DNA of 64,000 bases from Auanema rhodensis (Eukaryota > Animalia > Nematoda), in contig OZ059895.1 in the NCBI GenBank assembly GCA_964057225.1, positions 13,516,001-13,580,000 on the forward strand. The letters are read 5' to 3'. Of the stretch, positions 56,539-64,000 are shown one piece after another. Numbering within the stretch: position 1 is the stretch's first letter; each line of letters starts with the position of its first letter. Both the position numbers and the translations under genes were made by a program. A model generated the notes under the pieces. The model did no database searches, was not told the DNA's origin, and worked only from the letters and a program-made list of their open reading frames with translations.

Positions 56539-57381
56539 TTACTTAAGAGTTGTATAAATATCAATGTCGCTACAATTTTTTCCTGTGCGTAGTTAGTATT
56601 TTCTCGTTCGTTAACCTTTTCTTCAAGTTCATTTACCAAACCTGCAATAGTACCATTCAACTTCATGTATTTTATTGATTGTTTACATTAGAAACTTAAT
56701 ATAACTTAATTATTAGTTTATAAAATACCGATGATTCCACATGCGATCCGTCCTCCCGCATTTCCTGTTTTGCTGCTTGCGTCAGTATCTCCTTTACCAA
56801 AATCGTCTGCGTTTTCATGAATTACCACAGATCTTCCAATCACTGTATGCATCCCTTCTAGAGATACTAGACTATCAGTAATGCTTATATTAGTTATTCC
56901 TGACTTCTGTATTTATTTGTTGAGATTTGAAAAAAAATTGTCTCACATTTCCTTCAATATTGCCTAAATCTCCCACATGGCGTATGGTATCGGTGGGGCC
57001 TCCGTGAAGTAAATGATGTGGATTGAAATGAGATCCAGCGGCATTGCATCCATCACTCATATCGCCTTTTTCGTGAATATGAAATCCGTGAAGTCCCGCA
57101 TTAATACTCACATATCCAATGATCTAAAGTATTTAGCGCAATTAGTTTTTTTACGAGATCTAACCTTTGTTTCTGTTCCATTCTGAAAAAATTCAATCAT
57201 TCCAATATTTTCAGAAGGTACATCTTTAGGTATAGCCTTATAAATGAGAGCTTTGGCTCGAATAACTATAAATTATTTTTAATATACGTTTAATTAACTT
57301 AACGGTACCTGTGGATGAGCTTTCAGCTTGAACGATATACGAAATCACGAATATGAATAAAAAAAAGTGAGCCATGTCCAT
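56539..57381 (-). CDS. Extracellular Cu/Zn superoxide dismutase (sod-4-like), multi-exon; the 3' exon choice is uncertain
   Basis: Signal peptide after the ATG at 57381; [20 protein letters not shown]...HGGP....RHVGDLGNI; GRSVVIH...DD.GKG......[13 protein letters not shown]. Confidence 0.9.
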
Positions 57382-57570
57382 TTCAACCTGAACTAGGCGT
57401 AGATATTATTTTAATCAAAAATGTTTGAACGAATATGCTGAGAATATGTTGTAAAAATACTATCATAACTGGTTCTAAAACATTTAAATATAATATTATT
57501 GCTTTGTCATTGTTATGTAATTTAAGTTTAAAAATTGTTGTATTGTGAAATCGCAATTTCAGTTTTTGTT

Positions 57571-59853
57571 ATGGGTATTGCGAATTTGCTACCTTTTGTT
57601 AAGAATGCGTGCAGACAAGTATGCAGTTTGGAAAACTAGTTTTTTTACATTATTGTCATGTATAGGGTAGCATCAATGAGTTCCGAAATCTTTCAATTGC
57701 AATAGATGTGAGTTGTCTTTTACACAGAGGTTTGTTCGGATGTATGGAACAGTTTGCTAATGGATATGATTCTAAAACGTACTGAAATAAAGAAATTATT
57801 TCTATGAAACTAGGTTATATTTAAGATATATTGATTATGTTATGAAAAGAGTGCAGGTTCTGTTGCATATGGGTTGTCATGTTATTCTTGTTTTTGATGG
57901 ATCTCCTTTACCAGCTAAAAAGGTATAAAAATTGCTACTTTCAGATTCTGTTTGTTTGAAATTTAGGATACGAATGATCAGAGAAGGCAAAGAAGGGCAG
58001 AGAATATGCGAGTGGGCTCATTGCTTCTCTCGCAAGGTAAAAAAGATGAAGCCGTTACCAAATTCCAACAAGCTGTTTCAATCACACGAGAAGTTGTTGA
58101 GACAACCATTGAAGTATGAAGCTATGACAATTTTGTTCATCATTAGTTATAGCATTTCCGTTCGATTAAACATGTCGATGTCATTGTTGCACCTTACGAA
58201 GCTGATGCCCAGTTAGCTTTTTTATTATCAGAGCGATTAGCAGATGCGATTATTACTGAAGATTCCGACCTTATAGTGTTTGGATGCGATAAGGTACATA
58301 TATCTCATGTAGATGTATTATTTGTGTGTTATTTAGATAATTTTCAAATGGTCCGTTGATAGTGGGGTATGCACTGTATATAATAAAGATGATCTACCAT
58401 CCTGTTTTACTGGTGAGATGAGCAAAAATTTCGATTTTCAAAAGTTTCGGCGGATTTGTATTTTATCAGGATGTGATTATCTACAAGTTTTTTGAGTAAA
58501 ATTGCTTTTCTTTTAATTTTGATTCAGGAAGGTTTACCAGGGGTCGGATTATCAAAAGCGTATGCCTTTTTCTCGAAAACTAATCAAACAAATTTGAACA
58601 AGGTGCCGAAAACTAACCAGAACTGATTTTAGAAACACGACTGATCTATTTTTTTGAAGGTTCTACCTCGTATTCCAAGTTACCTAAAAATGCCCAAGCT
58701 CAACGTTTCGCAACAATTTATTGAAAGTTTTATTAAAGCAGAAAGAACATTTCTTCATCAGGTATTAATAGCTGATACATCTTTAGAGTGAATAAAATTG
58801 TCTGCAGATAGTATTTGACCCTATCAGCAGATGTCAACGTCCTTTAATGTTCAAGAATTGTTCTTCTAATACGAATAATGAAATTCAGACAATTTCCGAG
58901 CAAGATGTATATTTTTTTGGTTTAAAAATAGTATTCTTTATGTTTTTCTAGATATATTCCGAAGATGATTTGTCATATGCTGGACAATTAATGTCTCCTA
59001 GAAATTCTATTAGAGCGGCTTTGGGGAATTTGGTATAATGACATTTCCTTACCTTACTAAATCTTTTTTTTTGGAGATCGAAAATCAAAGTCTCCACGAT
59101 AAATTCTTATTACTAGACCCAACTCCCGAATGGTCAATATGGTCTAAAGATAATTTTAATCGTGCTCAGAAAGCGAAAGAAAAAAATGAATCAATCCATA
59201 AATCTTTAGGAGTTCTTAAGGCATCTATTTAACCTTTTCTATGCAATTATCATGATGTTTCAGGTCAGCCCCACAATTAACATTATTAAAAAAGATGTGG
59301 AAGTGAACAGCAAACGAAAAATCAAGAATGGCGTTGAAGAAATTTGGTCATGGGAAGCTATGTTAGCTCTGAACAGTGATAGTAAAACTGAGAGTAAAAG
59401 TGAGTCGAATTTTTTTCTTTAATTTCAACTTCAATTACAGTCACAGATGCTGATTTTACTGTTTCTGAGAGAAATCAAACTGTAAACGACAAAGATCTCC
59501 CTCAAAACAAGAATATCATAGATTCGACTTTACCAGAGAAATCTGGCTTAACAAGCTCATATTTCAAACGCAGGTGCGAAGTTAGTAGTGGTTGAGGTCT
59601 TCTAATAACTTTAACAGAAATTCATCATGCTCTAATCCTTTCAAAAAGCCTAAACTCACTTTTGATGCCCATATAGATGAAGAAAAGAGGGTAATATTCT
59701 ATATATTTTTCTTTTTACGGTTATAAATTATAGATATGCAGTTTGGAGAAAAAAGAAGAAAGCAAGGAATCATTTAAATCGATCTCAACACCTATTCAGC
59801 ACTGTACTGTTGGTTTTCGTCCCAGTGGCCTACGCAAATCCCGCAGTAATTAG
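57571..59853 (+). CDS. exo-1: Exonuclease 1 (XPG/Rad2 family), multi-exon
   Basis: [71 protein letters not shown]|IVFDP. Confidence 0.88.
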
Positions 59854-60360
59854 ACTGTTTTTCTTAAGCTATAAATAGTGTGCTATGATTTTAAATAAAG
59901 TTTTATTTTCACTAATTGGTATTAGCTGTAAACCTCATTCTTCTTTCAAGAGAGCCAAAATAAAAAAATTATGATAGATCGACGCAAATTGTTCATAAAG
60001 GGAACGAGATGTGGACCACGATATACAGTAAGAATTGCGATACCTTTAATAATTCAACTTATTCGCTTGTTAAGATGTTCAAGAACCATATATATTTATG
60101 CTTTCCGGCTTTCCTGTCTAATTCTTAATTTTGAATTTATAGCTTTTTCGTAAGGTTTATGAGTGGGGATTATTTATTGGATAGAACAACAGCTTTTATT
60201 ATTGATTCTGATATTACATTTTATTTTTTACTTGTACCTAGCTTAATACCTGTGGTGCTTTCATTCAATTTTCTGATTTGGCTAGGTAGGAATAACTTTT
60301 TACTTTTTGTTTTCAGTAAGTAATACATAGGCCAAGAGTTTTTCTTGAATAATTGAAGAC

Positions 60361-63300
60361 ATGAACGCGAATGTTGACAATTATCTAGCAAAGCAATACC
60401 CTACATTGCCGCTAATTGTCAGAGAATATCTCACAGGTTTTTGATATTACTATTCCACTGATTTCTTTTTTTCTTAGCACTTTTATTAATCAATAGTGAC
60501 GACTTTTTATCGGTTAATGATGTGTTAGATGCTATAGGGGTTCACTTACTGGTTAGCATTAAAAAGCCATGTAATAGTTCTTTCAATTTGTTCTAGGCAC
60601 ACTTGGAAAATATAACGTTGGATGCTGTACATGATGCTTGTAAACAGATTTTCCATATATTGCATGGAGAGTGAGACATAATAATAATAGTTGTAGTCTG
60701 TTTAATATTTTTTAGTTGTTTACCAAAAACCCAAAGAGATTTTGAAACTAAGAAATTAGAAAGAACTGTCGATATGGCGGCGGAAAATGAAGATTTCTCA
60801 GATTTACAAAGTATTTGGAAAGTTCAAACTAGGGATACTCCAACCGTTTGTTGTTGCCATGAGTACATTATTTTATTTATTGTTTCAGATTGTGGATAAA
60901 AAAAAATTGGAAAAAGCGGATATTCGTGCCTCTGCTAAAGCTGATGCACGATCAGAAGCTCCTGTGCTGCGCAAGAAAAGACCTGAAAGTACGGCAACTG
61001 CAACACAGGTATCTTTAAAAATAATTTATGCCAACCAACAACTATTCATTCTCTAGGCTCCAATCAGAGATAGCGGAGCTCGTGGAGCGAATTCAAAGGA
61101 TATTAAATTAGAAAGTGTTGATATTTCCATTGGAACAAAGTTTTTATTTTTTATTGATATTTCAAGAAATTCAAGTATAGGCAATTATTATCATGTGCTG
61201 ATGTGACAATGGGCTTTGGTAGAAAATATGGGCTTGTTGGTAGAAACGGAATCGGTAAAACGACTCTTCTGAAAATGATATCTTGGCAAGTAAATATATA
61301 TTGTTTTGAACTTTTCATGTTTTCAGCGGTCAATTACGCATACCGGCAAATATACGGATGCTTTCTGTGGAACAAGAAGTAGAAGGGAATGATATTTTAG
61401 TTCTTGATGCAGTACTTGCTTCTGATACGAAACGTTCGTCTATGATAGATAGAGAGAAAATAATACAAACTAAGCTTAATAAGTGAGTATCGATTATATA
61501 CTACGAAAAAATAACATTTAAAAAAGGGACTCACTGGCAGAGAGTGAGAAAAATAAACTTCATGAAGAGTTAAGTAAGCTCTATACGGAAATGGAAGCTC
61601 TACAAATGGATAAGGTTTACTAAATTACAAAGGAAGATTTAAAGTATTGCTTGCAGGCTCCTGCACGTGCATCTTCTATTCTTTACGGTTTAGGATTTAC
61701 TCCGGATGAACAGAAAAAGCCCACAAAGTTTTATTATCGGCTTTTCCACTTTCTTATACTGATTTGATTCACAGAGAGTTTTCTGGAGGATGGAGAATGC
61801 GTGTTGCTCTAGCCAGAGCATTGTTTGTTCAGCCCGATCTTCTTTTGTTGGACGAACCAACAAACATGTTGGATATGAGAGCAGTGTATTGGTTAGAAGG
61901 ACATTTGCAGGTAAAATGGAACATTTCATTTTATTCTTATTTAAATCGTAAAACAGCATTGGGAGGGCACAATTCTGACTGTTTCCCACGACAGAAAATT
62001 TTTAAATGAAGTTTGTACTGATATCATTCATCTACATACACGCAGATTAGATCATTATCGTGGAAATTATGACACCTTTGAGAAGGTAAGTTTGTGTTTT
62101 AATGCCTTTTTTGTAAGATATTTCAGACCATGAGAGAAAAGCTGACTCAACAACATCGTGAGTACGAAGCTCAACAGCAATTACGCCAGCATACACAGGT
62201 TACTGCATTAATATTTTGAAAATAATTCTCTTAATTAAGGAGTTCATTGACAAATTCCGTTACAATGCCAAAAGGGCGGCAATGGTACAAAGTAGAATTA
62301 AAATGCTCGAAAAATTGTATGTTATCCACATTATTGTGATTGAGAATTGTTTTGATTTAGGCCTGTTTTGCTGCCTGTCGAGATGGAAGCTGATATAAAC
62401 TTCCGTTTTCCTGAATGCGAACTTCTAAACAATCCGGTCTTGACCTTTGATGACTTGTCTTTTAGGTTTTTATAATTAGCAGGCTTGATCAGTAGCGTAT
62501 AATTATATTTTAGATATAATGAAGATTCTCCTTACCTTTTCCGAAAATTGAACTTGGGTACACATTGCAGTTCTAGAATTTGCATTGTATGTTTTACAAT
62601 TTTCTGTATTTATCAAACAGCAACTTTATTTAGGTTGGAGAAAATGGAGCTGGTAAAACAACTCTTTTGAAATTACTTTTGGGAGATTTGGAGCCTTCAC
62701 AAGGATTAAGGAACATTAATCGCAGGTAATTATTAATATATTTGATAAAAAATAATGGATTCACATAGAATACGAATTGGGTACTTCACCCAGCATCATG
62801 TTGATCAACTTGATATGGAAATGACTGCTCTAGAAGTACTGGCCAAGAACCACCCAGGTCTTTTTTATATTTTAGACATATTGAATAGTTTATTTAGGTA
62901 AATCTCAAGAAGATTACAGAGCAGCCCTGGGAAGATTCGGTTTACTGGGAGATATGGCTCTTCAATCGGTTTACACTTTGTCTGGAGGACAAAAGTCCAG
63001 ATTAGCATTTGCTAATTTAGCAATGGGAAAGTAAATTCTTCTGAATTTAAAAATTTCACTAAAAATGTACTATTTCAGCCCCAATTATTTGGTTATGGAC
63101 GAACCTACTAATCACTTAGATGTTGAAACAGTAGCCGCGTTAGGAAATGCGCTCAATAAATTTAATGTACGATTTCGTCAAAAAGCTTTTTATTATTTTA
63201 TTTAGGGAGGAGTTGTTCTTGTTTCCCACGATGAACAACTAATTGAAATGGTATGTAAAGAACTGTGGGTTGTAAAAGATAGAATGGTTTCTAATCTGGA

Positions 63301-63399
63301 AGGTGGATTGGAGGAGTATCGGAAACAGGTATCAATATGTTAATTAAGAAGTTGTATGCTTTTTTATAGGTTTACAAGCAGCTTCAACTTATTGCATGA
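60361..63399 (+). CDS. abcf-3: ABC-F family ATPase ABCF3/GCN20, multi-exon
   Basis: [81 protein letters not shown]; no TM domains. Confidence 0.9.
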
Positions 63400-63753
63400 G
63401 ATATATCTGATTTTTTCAAAGTAAAACTGAAAAAGTTTCATATAAAGTTTTGTTATTTTTGTTCACTAATTTTTATACATATACATATATATATATATAT
63501 ATTCACATATATACAGTAACCTTGAAAACAAAGGAACAATTAACAAATAGATATTTCTAAATTTGTCCACATATTGAGCTGAAGTAATACGAAAGAGATC
63601 GTTAGTTATCGATGACTTACATTTCAGCGCCTGTGAAACCAAAGCCGTGCATAGCTTAATCTAGACAAAGATAGATCTAAGAGAGTTAACAATTATTTCT
63701 AATCTAACGTAAAACTAAATTTCCTGCAAATACCAAGATTGAGAAAAATGTTG

Positions 63754-63903
63754 CTAGACAATTAGCAGAAGAACAAGAGTTATATCATCAGGTTTACCGC
63801 CAGGTGCAAGCAAACCATTTTCCCTAGCCTTGATAGCAAATGGAGAATTATGATTTGAATCGAATGCCAATCTTCTTGCAGTCAATGCCAAGGCGTTGCA
63901 AGC
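63754..63903 (-). CDS. Last exon of a PTC7-type PP2C protein phosphatase (gene continues beyond the window)
   Basis: After an atttag acceptor: ACNALALTARRLAFD..HNSPFAIKARENG...PGGKPDDITLVLLLIV*. Confidence 0.82.
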   Translation of the reverse strand, partial: ACNALALTARRLAFDSNHNSPFAIKARENGLLAPGGKPDDITLVLLLIV

Positions 63904-64000
63904 CTAAATAGGTAATTTACAATCGCGATTGCTTCGGCTCAAACCTCCTGAACAGTAGCTCTTTGTTCGGTAAGCGGTTTTAGCTGATCTAATACGTGCT

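Overview
AT-rich eukaryotic DNA, almost certainly nematode (40-47 nt introns, TTTCAG/TTTTAG acceptors, nematode-like sod/exo-1/abcf-3 genes). About the first 56 kb is a nest of mobile elements and the last ~8 kb is ordinary host genes. (1) Two related Ty3/gypsy LTR retroelements with a tRNA-Gln PBS have the unusual order gag-ENV-pol in a single ORF. The Env has an internal signal peptide, a furin site, herpesvirus gB-like class III fusogen motifs and a TM anchor. Element 1 (565-10433) is an in-frame deletion derivative with CG...CG LTR termini, a spliced antisense gene in its leader and a Tc1-type MITE in its 3' LTR, and it is bracketed by inverted Maverick-type ends. (2) Element 2 (10762-55291) is interrupted in RNase H by a 35,261-bp Maverick/Polinton composite (17886-53146, imperfect 6-bp TSD). 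The composite has three head-to-tail units from two sequence variants. Each unit is defective, and only together do they cover the gene set: a pPolB with 13 predicted introns, integrase, ATPase, major and minor capsid, protease, and a spliced D-box/CDK-site/Zn-finger gene. (3) A hAT transposase remnant follows, then host Cu/Zn SOD, EXO1, ABCF3 and the last exon of a PTC7-type phosphatase. All calls were made by eye from motifs, with no database searches; exon coordinates are manual predictions.
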